Shown here one piece after another: positions 27,776-35,764 of a DNA stretch of 64,000 nucleotides. The position numbers and the translations under genes are program-made. Source of the stretch: a virus; IMG/VR virus record IMGVR_UViG_3300031772_000001, positions 64,001 through 128,000 of that record; one strand, written 5' to 3'. Each line of letters opens with the position of its first letter. Position 1 is the stretch's first letter. The notes beneath the pieces were generated by a model. The model made no database searches and was not told where the DNA came from. It saw only the letters and a program-made list of their open reading frames with translations.

Positions 27776-28603
27776 TCAGCACTTGGAGAATGAGCACCGC
27801 CTACAGATCACACACCCCTCCTCATGCCCCAACGCAGCCCGACACTCAGGGCATAACCCCCGCTGTATCCAGTAATCCTCACCCTTGCCCTCATCACCAA
27901 CGTAGGGCACACCAGCCGTAAAAAACTTTGCTCTCTCCTTCGCCTGACTCAACCGAATAGGTTCCAACAAAGGAGATCCTACAGAAATGTCACTTATTTC
28001 AAAACTTTTCACTCCAGCAACATTGTCTTTGACCACACTCATGTCCGCTGGAAGATCCACCAGAAGATCCTCTGGCAACACATCAAACGGTTCTGATTTC
28101 TCAAAAATCTCAGACAATCTTGATTTTTCGATCCTATCCTTCGCAAGTTCTACGGTCTTACCTCGCAAATCATCTACGGATGAAAAAATCGCCCTCAACT
28201 CATCTTGATGATCCTCAAAAAACTTTTGCGCTTGTAAAGTCTTTCGTATCGCAGATGCAAGTGCCTTACTACAAGAACTATTTCCAGTTTTCTTAAACCC
28301 CTCATCACGCCCTGCACGATACCGAGCCGTAGGACATATCTCAGACTCAAGCTGATCCAAAATCTCCTCAATAGGGACATTGTTTTGTAAAGCGAGAGAG
28401 ACAAGCCGCCCCGTCATTTTTGTATTTGAAGAACACCCGCCCTTAGAAGATGACCCACAAAACACTTCGACCAGCTTCACCTTATCATGCCAATTAAACT
28501 TGATAGAGAAAAAAGATGACCCACAACCTGTCTGCTCCTTGAAAGTCAACCCGATAGTAGGATTATCCCTATGGACTCTTGCGTCTGTAAGACCGTCACC
28601 CAT
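27776..28603 (-). CDS. stand-alone TSCPD domain protein (class II RNR C-terminal/NrdJb-like)
   Basis: TGCG, EVF, GRLVSLALQ..VP.EEILDQLE.., SC.KAL, terminal CPEC...EEGCVICRRCSFSKC. Confidence 0.82.
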   Translation of the reverse strand: MGDGLTDARVHRDNPTIGLTFKEQTGCGSSFFSIKFNWHDKVKLVEVFCGSSSKGGCSSNTKMTGRLVSLALQNNVPIEEILDQLESEICPTARYRAGRDEGFKKTGNSSCSKALASAIRKTLQAQKFFEDHQDELRAIFSSVDDLRGKTVELAKDRIEKSRLSEIFEKSEPFDVLPEDLLVDLPADMSVVKDNVAGVKSFEISDISVGSPLLEPIRLSQAKERAKFFTAGVPYVGDEGKGEDYWIQRGLCPECRAALGHEEGCVICRRCSFSKC

Positions 28604-28784
28604 CTACCCTCCCTTTAAGTTCTCTATACACGACCAAAAGACTCACCATTGACATCTTATATAGATTATCCATGAGAAGTCTCACAATGTCAATAGCAAT
28701 TTCCCGTCTCTTGTCTAATGCCTTTGAAGAAAGGTCAAGAGAAGTCTCAGAGTTTTCAACAACAAAATCAGGGGAGTCGTTCAT
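28596..28784 (-). CDS. hypothetical protein
   Basis: 62-aa ORF. Confidence 0.5.
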   Translation of the reverse strand: MNDSPDFVVENSETSLDLSSKALDKRREIAIDIVRLLMDNLYKMSMVSLLVVYRELKGRVDG

Positions 28785-28817
28785 TGGTAAAGTCTATCAC
28801 ACCTACACAACAAAAAT

Positions 28818-28993
28818 CGGGAAGACGGCAAGTTGGGAAATCCTAAGTACAACAACTAACAACAACCAATGAAGGTTTGTGTATGTAAGGTCAGCAACAA
28901 CAAGATAAATATAGCCCTACATTGCCACAACCATGACGTAAAGGAAATTCCCCGGCAACAAAGCAAGCCCTGTCACCCTTGCCGTCTATCCCG
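28818..28993 (-). ncRNA. candidate structured RNA with UUG-repeat loops
   Basis: 15-bp closing stem CGGGA(U)AGACGGCAAG/CUUGCCGUCUUCCCG, two nested stems, 3' U-tract. Confidence 0.7.
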
Positions 28994-29010
28994 CATTATC
29001 CCACGTACAC

Positions 29011-29292
29011 CTACTCAATCGGCTTCATCAGAGAGGCACAATCCACATCAACATCAACCATCGTCTTTGCATTGGACTCTTTGATTGCATTCTCAATCGT
29101 AAAGAGAGCGTTCTGAAGATCCGTTGTCAGCCTGTCTACCTTCTTAACATCATAGGTAGGCTCAATAATTTTCTTGTCATCCCCGTAATAAGATGTACGG
29201 GAAGTCAAAGAACCCTTCATGTTGACCAACTCAGACAACCGGCCACGAAGCTGCTTCTCCCGCACAAGCCACGAATTAACAGACGCTACCAT
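29011..29292 (-). CDS. DIP1984-like coiled-coil protein
   Basis: helical hairpin ...LRGRLSEL...YDVKKVD...IENAIKESNAKTMV. Confidence 0.6.
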   Translation of the reverse strand: MVASVNSWLVREKQLRGRLSELVNMKGSLTSRTSYYGDDKKIIEPTYDVKKVDRLTTDLQNALFTIENAIKESNAKTMVDVDVDCASLMKPIE

Positions 29293-29325
29293 AGCCCCTC
29301 CTCAGTGTAGGTGATAATCCTTGTA

Positions 29326-29853
29326 TTAGAACTGGTCAAGATCAAACCGCTCAAAAGACTTCATCCCCTTGATCTTCTTAACAAGAGCAATACTGACCTT
29401 ATTATACCAATCAATATCCTTCTGCCTTTTGGCAAAAAGTTTTCTCCTCTTATCATAATACAACCTCTTCCTCTGCATTGCATCCACATCAAGGGCATCA
29501 ATCACTTTCCTACCAGAAATAAGTCTCTCCCGTACAGCTTGCCGCCACTTAATCAGATCATCAGAAGAGTTTTCCTCTACAGCCTTCTGCTTTTTCAAAA
29601 ACTCCGTTGCTTCCTGAATATCTGACAAACACCCAAAAGAGACGTACTTGTACCTTTTCAGAAAATCCTTGGTCTGCTCTGGTGTCTCCAACCCAAGACG
29701 TTTCCCCTGAGCAAACAACTCACAAAAAACAACTGCCTTATCCTTCTTTGTAGCAACAAAATCATCAGCTATACGCTTTGCACTGTTGTCAATCTTCTTA
29801 TCCAGGATCTTATCTGGAATATTAACCAACTTCTTCATACAAAACCCTTTCAA
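29326..29853 (-). CDS. hypothetical basic protein
   Basis: 175-aa ORF. Confidence 0.6.
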   Translation of the reverse strand: MKGFCMKKLVNIPDKILDKKIDNSAKRIADDFVATKKDKAVVFCELFAQGKRLGLETPEQTKDFLKRYKYVSFGCLSDIQEATEFLKKQKAVEENSSDDLIKWRQAVRERLISGRKVIDALDVDAMQRKRLYYDKRRKLFAKRQKDIDWYNKVSIALVKKIKGMKSFERFDLDQF

Positions 29854-29854
29854 G

Positions 29855-29886
29855 AAAATAGAAGGTGTTACTTGAATAACACCCTC
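29855..29886 (-). terminator. intrinsic terminator after SPFH gene
   Basis: GAGGGTGTTA-ttcaag-TAACACCTTC-TATTTT. Confidence 0.65.
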
Positions 29887-29905
29887 ATGTTATCTGTTAA
29901 TCACA

Positions 29906-31123
29906 CTACTTCTTACCGGGAACACTCAAATCCAAAGACAGATCACGCGCCGCCTTCGCAGTCATAATCTCCATGAAGTTCGTAGCACCATTTCCACCAC
30001 CAACCGACCCACCCATCACCGTAGTCGGAACAATCTGACCTGAATATTTTGAAAAAGCCTCTGACCACATCTGCTGAACAGCCTTGTATGCTTCGAGCTT
30101 CTTCTCCAAAGCACCATCCGCTGACATAATCAACTTACGCTTTTCAGCTTCACCCTCTCCCTCCAAAATGAGCTTCTTCTTTGTAAACTCCGCTGCATCC
30201 CGCATCAAAGAAGCAACAGCCTTTTCCTTCTCAGCATCAGTTACCGCTGCTTGTTTCTCCTGCTCCTTCTGATACTTCACCTTCATCACAGCAGCAAGAC
30301 CTTCAGCTTCCGCAGTCAACTTATCCTGATTCGCACGGATAGCGTTCTGCTTCGCTACCTCCGTCTGCAATGTCTGATCCCTCTGCTTCTTAATCATATC
30401 ATCCACTGCATTATCAAACTTCGGTACGTCAATCTGACACTGCGTTACTCGACACCCCAACTGCTCCAAAACTGTAGGATTTCTTAGTGGTTTATTCGTA
30501 CTGTCAAGCACAATCTCAGTCATTCGTACACGCTCGGAATCACCTACAGCCCTATGAATCCACTTATCAACAGAACGTGTCTGATAAGTACCATACATCA
30601 ACTGATCCTCAATCTCACTCTGCAAAACAGCAAGAGTAGTATAAGCCTCTCGTGCTGAATGAAGATTCGCTGAAAGTTTAATTGCATTCGCACCTACAGG
30701 CACAATGCCGTTACTCACAAGATGCTCAAACCCTCCGGCAAACTGACTTTTAATTGCCTTCATCTGTTCAGAATTTGACGGAAGAGAAACACGAAGTTGA
30801 GCACGGATCAAAGCACGAGTACCATCATTGAAAATAACAGGAACTTCATCAGCCTCAAAACTCTTGTGTCCCGGTGCCTGTCCAAAAACTACTGTCACTA
30901 CCTGACGGTACACATCCACATGACCAAGAAATTTCCCATACGGCCCTGCCGTTGTCTTTACATGAAGCGCACCACCAAGATCCTGCACAATCACAAACTC
31001 ACCGGCCTTATTGAACCCCACAATGTTAAGAGCAACAACCAAAGCAATCAACAAAGCACCACCAAGACCAATAAGAGACAAAATGGACTTGAGAGGCACA
31101 ACAGACGGATCATTCTTTGGCAT
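29906..31123 (-). CDS. SPFH/Band-7 membrane protein
   Basis: N-terminal TM, SPFH core, AE-rich coiled coil (AEAEG, EGEGEAE), ARDLSLDL end. Confidence 0.85.
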   Translation of the reverse strand: MPKNDPSVVPLKSILSLIGLGGALLIALVVALNIVGFNKAGEFVIVQDLGGALHVKTTAGPYGKFLGHVDVYRQVVTVVFGQAPGHKSFEADEVPVIFNDGTRALIRAQLRVSLPSNSEQMKAIKSQFAGGFEHLVSNGIVPVGANAIKLSANLHSAREAYTTLAVLQSEIEDQLMYGTYQTRSVDKWIHRAVGDSERVRMTEIVLDSTNKPLRNPTVLEQLGCRVTQCQIDVPKFDNAVDDMIKKQRDQTLQTEVAKQNAIRANQDKLTAEAEGLAAVMKVKYQKEQEKQAAVTDAEKEKAVASLMRDAAEFTKKKLILEGEGEAEKRKLIMSADGALEKKLEAYKAVQQMWSEAFSKYSGQIVPTTVMGGSVGGGNGATNFMEIMTAKAARDLSLDLSVPGKK

Positions 31124-31154
31124 ACCAGAATCTCCTTAAAAAAATTGTGAAATA

Positions 31155-31373
31155 TCACTGTCTCAGAAAAGAATCAACCTTCTTAGAAGCCTTGTCTGCT
31201 TTCTTCATATCGACCTTAGAAACCGTATCTGCCAAAGAAACATCCTCCTCTATTGCAGCTTTCTTAAAAAGAACTGCAATAAAAGGAACCCTTGACAAAA
31301 CCAACTTCCAAGACACAAAAAGAAAAGCAACCAAAATCAAAACAACAAGAAGAAACTCCATCAACATACGCAT
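31155..31373 (-). CDS. small membrane protein
   Basis: single TM, upstream of SPFH gene. Confidence 0.6.
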   Translation of the reverse strand: MRMLMEFLLVVLILVAFLFVSWKLVLSRVPFIAVLFKKAAIEEDVSLADTVSKVDMKKADKASKKVDSFLRQ

Positions 31374-31412
31374 ACAGTCCTCCTATTTTGGATAATTCAT
31401 ACATCCTCCTTA

Positions 31413-31640
31413 TCAAACATCAACATCCTTGAGAACAGCAGATACCAGCTTCCTAATACCATCTGATTTGTTATGATACACCTGCCCCCGCTTTATCTTA
31501 GACTTTACTTTCTTTTCTAAAGAAGGTTGATAATACTCATAATCATAAACACCTTCACCTTCCTCAGTTGCCCAACCCGTATTCTGTCCGGTAGCACATG
31601 CCACAAGACTACCATTAACACGAATCTCAACTGTAAACAT
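31413..31640 (-). CDS. hypothetical protein
   Basis: 75-aa ORF. Confidence 0.6.
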   Translation of the reverse strand: MFTVEIRVNGSLVACATGQNTGWATEEGEGVYDYEYYQPSLEKKVKSKIKRGQVYHNKSDGIRKLVSAVLKDVDV

Positions 31641-31652
31641 CAGACCGTTCCT

Positions 31653-32042
31653 TCATACGCCTTCTGGTTTTTTACACACTACCCTATCCCGAAAGAAAGG
31701 CTCATCACAATCCTCAAGACGAGCAAGGTTTGGTACTTCAATTTTGAACTTCTTACACATAGGAATACGGATATTTTCATACTGATCACTAACCACAAGA
31801 TCAAGAAACTCACACCCCCGGCACGTCCCATCCTCTACCTTGAAAAAAGAAAACTTCCGAGCCACATTCTTAGCGAAGTACGAACCCACGGAAGGAGCAC
31901 CCAGACACTCGATAAACACGTTCTCCGGCACGTCATGGTACTCGTACAAAGAACCATTCGTAAACGCGGCATGGAGTACCTGCTTACTTGCAATGTATCC
32001 CAAAGAACTAACATTAGAAGATTTAACTGGAATCAACTTCAT
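31653..32042 (-). CDS. KTSC domain protein with Cys-rich tail
   Basis: PVKSSNVSSLGY...F.NGSLYEYHDVP...APSVGSYF. Confidence 0.88.
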   Translation of the reverse strand: MKLIPVKSSNVSSLGYIASKQVLHAAFTNGSLYEYHDVPENVFIECLGAPSVGSYFAKNVARKFSFFKVEDGTCRGCEFLDLVVSDQYENIRIPMCKKFKIEVPNLARLEDCDEPFFRDRVVCKKPEGV

Positions 32043-32065
32043 AATCCTACCTCCCTATAAAACAA

Positions 32066-32085
32066 TACGAATATTTCACAAAAAA
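32066..32085 (-). promoter_or_regulatory. candidate phage-specific promoter TTTTT-N11-CGTA(TTGT)
   Basis: motif copy upstream of the KTSC-SPFH operon. Confidence 0.5.
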
Positions 32086-32091
32086 GAAAAG

Positions 32092-32130
32092 AAAAAGTGA
32101 GGGGCAGAGGGTCATTCCCTCCACCCCTTT
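32092..32130 (-). terminator. intrinsic terminator
   Basis: AGGGGTGGAGGG-aatga-CCCTCTGCCCCT then T-rich run. Confidence 0.8.
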
Positions 32131-32131
32131 C

Positions 32132-32326
32132 TCAGCTACCCGACGATAGACTCCATGCACGGTATCCTCGGAAAAGAGAACAGTCTACCATAATCTGCCG
32201 TTACACAGGGGCTTTTTTAGGTACAGAGCATAACGCTCCCTGTACTTTGTTAGCCCGAAGCCGTCCAAAGATGTAAAGCTCCTACGTGAACGATCTCAAT
32301 ATTCAATGAAGTAGCATAAATCCTCC
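32132..32326 (-). ncRNA. candidate structured RNA beginning with RBS + 4-codon ORF
   Basis: GGAGGA-TTT-ATG CTA CTT CAT TGA; internal hairpins with G-U pairs. Confidence 0.5.
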
Positions 32327-32337
32327 AAAATCAAAAA

Positions 32338-32500
32338 AGAAACAAGATAACAGGGTTCTGCACGTTTACTCCCTACATTATCGGAAGCTGGTTTGCACTT
32401 TGCAGACAAGAAAGGGTTCCCTCAAAAAGTGCTGAAAGTCATCCCGAAAGATGGCAGTCAACAATGTTCCCACCTTTGCCACACCCTATTACTTGTTTCT
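32338..32500 (-). ncRNA. candidate small RNA with ~18-bp closing stem
   Basis: AGAAACAAG-UAAUAGGGU / ACCCUGUUAUCUUGUUUCU + U-tract; internal UUCG hairpin. Confidence 0.6.
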
Positions 32501-32504
32501 CTTG

Positions 32505-33026
32505 TTATACGATTTCAACGTACTCACTCATCAGGTTTATTGCCTCGTGATACCCGTCACATCTTGGCAACCTCTCGTAAAACTCGTCTGCCCTATCACC
32601 AAGACCAGCCCGATTGAGAGTCTTACCCACCTTCCCGGCAAGAACAAACACATTACCATCACCCTCAAGCAGCTTACACTCAGGCTTCAAAACCTCTACC
32701 TTCGGAGACTCCTCAGTCACTTGTTTTTGAAAATACTGAAGAGACTCGGAAGGTATCAACTCCCGATTATTCCGAAAATAATCATCATCCCAAGAAAAAC
32801 CACCCTGAAGATGCATTGGATGTATGGCGAGCTTCGGAATATCCTTGTCATCAAACTCAACAAGAACATCACTTCGTCCACCTTCACCACCCTTTCCGGG
32901 CATAGTATTAAACTGGTGAATGATCTTCGGAGAAGTAAAACCCAACTCAACAAAACCGCCGTAAAGCCCCTTCTTGTCCTCATCCGACTCAACAAGCAGA
33001 CCAATCATCACCGCTCTCGTTGACAT
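32505..33026 (-). CDS. hypothetical protein
   Basis: 173 aa; C-terminal DGNVFVLAGKV...L..AGL...YVEI module. Confidence 0.65.
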   Translation of the reverse strand: MSTRAVMIGLLVESDEDKKGLYGGFVELGFTSPKIIHQFNTMPGKGGEGGRSDVLVEFDDKDIPKLAIHPMHLQGGFSWDDDYFRNNRELIPSESLQYFQKQVTEESPKVEVLKPECKLLEGDGNVFVLAGKVGKTLNRAGLGDRADEFYERLPRCDGYHEAINLMSEYVEIV

Positions 33027-33054
33027 ACAACATCCTTTTCTTAAAAGTTAAAAA

Positions 33055-33215
33055 GAAAGGTTGACAACACCGCCGAGCGAAGCGAAGCCCTTGCAGGGGC
33101 CAAGGATTTATCAGTTGGAAATCTGCAACTTTCCCACTGTTTTAGCCTTGTGAAAAATTTGCTCATCACCCACATGCCATTTACGGTCAGAGGATCTGTA
33201 AGCTGTCAACCTCTC
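33055..33215 (-). ncRNA. candidate small RNA, 12-bp closing stem
   Basis: GAGAGGUUGACA/UGUCAACCUUUC + UUUU. Confidence 0.6.
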
Positions 33216-33226
33216 AAAGAACAAAA

Positions 33227-33348
33227 TGGCAGTAGACGTTAGCCTGATCGTCAACAAAAGACTTATGCTTCAGTTACATTGCTGTAACCAAGCCCTGTAC
33301 TCCACAACCATCCTTCTCAAATCAAGCCTTTGCCGTTGTCTACTGCCA
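33227..33348 (-). ncRNA. candidate small RNA, 11-bp closing stem
   Basis: UGGCAGUAGAC/GUCUACUGCCA + UUUU; GCAA tetraloop hairpin. Confidence 0.62.
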
Positions 33349-33361
33349 AAAACTTCTGTAA

Positions 33362-33452
33362 AATGGTGTGGAAGGCAACCTGCCCGATACGGTTGTTGTC
33401 TAAGAACCGCCGTCGCTTGATCGCATCCCTTAGACGGAATTTCCACACCATT
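33362..33452 (-). ncRNA. candidate small RNA, three-way junction
   Basis: AAUGGUGUGGAA/UUCCACACCAUU, GUCUAAG/CUUAGAC, CAACC/GGUUG. Confidence 0.62.
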
Positions 33453-33477
33453 CTATAAAAGTCTTCAACAAAAATCT

Positions 33478-33669
33478 TCAACAATTCACAGAATTAGGAT
33501 GGGAGTCGTAATCTTCGTAATCCTCCTCTACCTTCTCCGTTAATACCAACGGTGATGGACGTTCACACTGTATATACGAAACTGGCACGCAACCATCACA
33601 GTTTAATGGGTCGCGTTTGTATTGATCACAAATCACAAGTACCTCCCACTTCGTCACTCCCTTAGTCAA
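33478..33669 (-). CDS. hypothetical protein
   Basis: 63-aa ORF. Confidence 0.45.
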   Translation of the reverse strand: MTKGVTKWEVLVICDQYKRDPLNCDGCVPVSYIQCERPSPLVLTEKVEEDYEDYDSHPNSVNC

Positions 33670-34156
33670 CAGAACCCTCGTTCAGGTAATACTCTATCTG
33701 TATAGCAGCTTCTTGGTTCCGTGCATGTATTGTTATGTCTGCGTAAGCGTTCCTCACATTATACGCTTTTGACCCGTCAGACAGTAACTCTTCCTGCACC
33801 GCCCACGAAGGATTCTTCACAGTCACAAACAACCTCACTTCCGATTGCTGGAATTGACTGCGTGATTGATAGCCGATTGCTTGTCTAAATAAGTGGCAAT
33901 TAACCGATCATCCGTAGCACCACGAACCACGTACCGCCCCACCTCATAGGTCACTCTTCGAGTACCACACAAGAAAGGACGAAAGTAACTGACAGGATCA
34001 AAGGTGTTCTTCATTTGGACCCCTCATGGTATCCGGCTTTGAAGTCACGGACAGCCCCGCGAACCAAAGAGACAACCACAAAAACCATTAAGACCAAAAC
34101 AAGAAAAACACCCACACCAAACCTCCAATTTTTCTTCTTTCCCCTCTTACATCTCT

Positions 34157-34185
34157 AATATACCACAAACCAGAAGCAATGTCAA
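34157..34185 (-). promoter_or_regulatory. sigma70-type early promoter TTGACA-N17-TATATT
   Basis: 17-bp spacer, TG extension, purine-rich UTR. Confidence 0.8.
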
Positions 34186-34191
34186 GTAGAA

Positions 34192-34452
34192 TCACGAAAA
34201 ATCTTTGACCAACTCCATAATGTCTCTGAGCCTTACCATCTTCCACGGCTCAGGAACATCCCACCCCTCCGGCACTGGATCTAAGCACTGGTGCGGCTGA
34301 CCTTTCTCAAACGGTCGCTTCCATCCACACTCACCACAACGCGGGTAAATCTCTCCATAGTGATTAGTCTGGTGCGAACTCACCGCCCCACACTTGAGGC
34401 ACCTGTACGACTTGTAACTCATCTTCCCCGTAACTCTCTTCGCTTCTGACAT
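34192..34452 (-). CDS. Zn-ribbon early protein
   Basis: CLKCG...TNHYGEIYPRCGECG. Confidence 0.65.
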   Translation of the reverse strand: MSEAKRVTGKMSYKSYRCLKCGAVSSHQTNHYGEIYPRCGECGWKRPFEKGQPHQCLDPVPEGWDVPEPWKMVRLRDIMELVKDFS

Positions 34453-34455
34453 CTT

Positions 34456-34575
34456 TACCTCCCTTATTTTTTCTTCTCTTTCCCGTCTCTTTCCCGTCTC
34501 TCCCCTGTCTCTCTTACACCTTTAATATACACCTTATTTGGATGCTTGTCAATAGAAATCTTCAAAAACTTTTGA
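34456..34575 (-). repeat. 120-bp promoter/UTR/RBS cassette, copy 2 (TTGACA-N17-TATATT at 34552-34524)
   Basis: near-identical to 27560-27679. Confidence 0.92.
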
Positions 34576-34593
34576 GGGTTGTAAGTGATTGAT

Positions 34594-35109
34594 TTACATA
34601 GGCATTAGATCATCCATAGAGTCCATCTTCAACTCCACATCATCGTAATGAATCAAAAAATATTCATTGCACCCGGCATTGATCGAACGCACCGCCAAGT
34701 CCTGGAACATCACTATATCCCCCACAACCACGTTAGGACAGTGGTACATTCGTCCCTTTGGCACCTCCACTACCTGCTGACCAAACGAGTTTCTTTTACC
34801 CCCACCTTGCGACCAGTACACAGACGGACCCCCAAGCCGGACCACCCTACCAATTCTCCACACACGCCAACACGTAGAGGGGATAATCAACCCTACCTTT
34901 GTTTTAACTTCTTTTTGAATAGGCTCAATCATTATATATGGGCCAATAATCTTAATCATGTCCGCTACAACCAAACTCCGGCCACATCCCAGACACTTCC
35001 GGGCTGCTCTCGCCTCGGCGTTAATTTTTTCAAAATTATCGTCTTCAATCTTGAACTCCTTCGTACCAAGGCAATACCTACAAGCATAAACATCTTCCTT
35101 CGTAACCAT
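34594..35109 (-). CDS. GroES-like co-chaperonin with N-terminal Zn finger
   Basis: IIGPYIMIEP...KTKVGLIIP...GRVVRLG...VVGDIVMF...YFLIHYDDV. Confidence 0.75.
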   Translation of the reverse strand: MVTKEDVYACRYCLGTKEFKIEDDNFEKINAEARAARKCLGCGRSLVVADMIKIIGPYIMIEPIQKEVKTKVGLIIPSTCWRVWRIGRVVRLGGPSVYWSQGGGKRNSFGQQVVEVPKGRMYHCPNVVVGDIVMFQDLAVRSINAGCNEYFLIHYDDVELKMDSMDDLMPM

Positions 35110-35321
35110 CAGACACTCTCCTTCATATCATTGACAATAGGAGAAGACTCACATACCACAAACTGATTTGATTGACCAGCCATAACCTCTCTCTGAAACA
35201 CACCACCGTACACCGACTCCTGATCCTGAAACTCCATCACAAAAGTAGGCCGAGTTATCGAAGCCACACACTTCACAGGGCGACCGTCTAACACATAATT
35301 TTTTCCAATAAGCAAGGTCAT
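35109..35321 (-). CDS. hypothetical protein
   Basis: 70 aa, stop/start overlaps on both sides. Confidence 0.55.
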   Translation of the reverse strand: MTLLIGKNYVLDGRPVKCVASITRPTFVMEFQDQESVYGGVFQREVMAGQSNQFVVCESSPIVNDMKESV

Positions 35322-35764
35322 ACAGGCAACTCTCCTTCTGGAATCTCATCAGAGTTGAGATATGGGTTATTTACAAAATTCAAAGCAACATCTACAATCA
35401 ACATCTTCAGGATAGTACAATCATCACATATTGCAGTAAGGACATCTGCAAGCTCAGAACTCTTCGTAGTACAAACTATATTCACAATCCAATCAGCATC
35501 GTCAGCTTCTTCCTTCACCTCTTGCTCAGAGACATCTATCCCGATGTCCCCAAAACCCTGCACCGCATCAAAAAACAATCCACCATCACGTATTCCCTTA
35601 TCCACGATGTAAGCTGTGATCCCACGACCTATACAAGTAGCAACTGCCATTTCCAAATAATTGATAGCAGATGGGTATATCTTCCCAGAACTGCCCTCGA
35701 AGATAGTATTCTCCCACATTATCTCAACACTCGCACACGACAGAATATTTAGTCCTACTGCCAT
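35318..35764 (-). CDS. acidic hypothetical protein
   Basis: 148-aa ORF. Confidence 0.6.
   Translation of the reverse strand: MAVGLNILSCASVEIMWENTIFEGSSGKIYPSAINYLEMAVATCIGRGITAYIVDKGIRDGGLFFDAVQGFGDIGIDVSEQEVKEEADDADWIVNIVCTTKSSELADVLTAICDDCTILKMLIVDVALNFVNNPYLNSDEIPEGELPV

Noticed and set aside
33055-33452. tRNA cluster or CRISPR mini-array
   Set aside because: No TTC T-loops or anticodon arms; units share no direct repeat.
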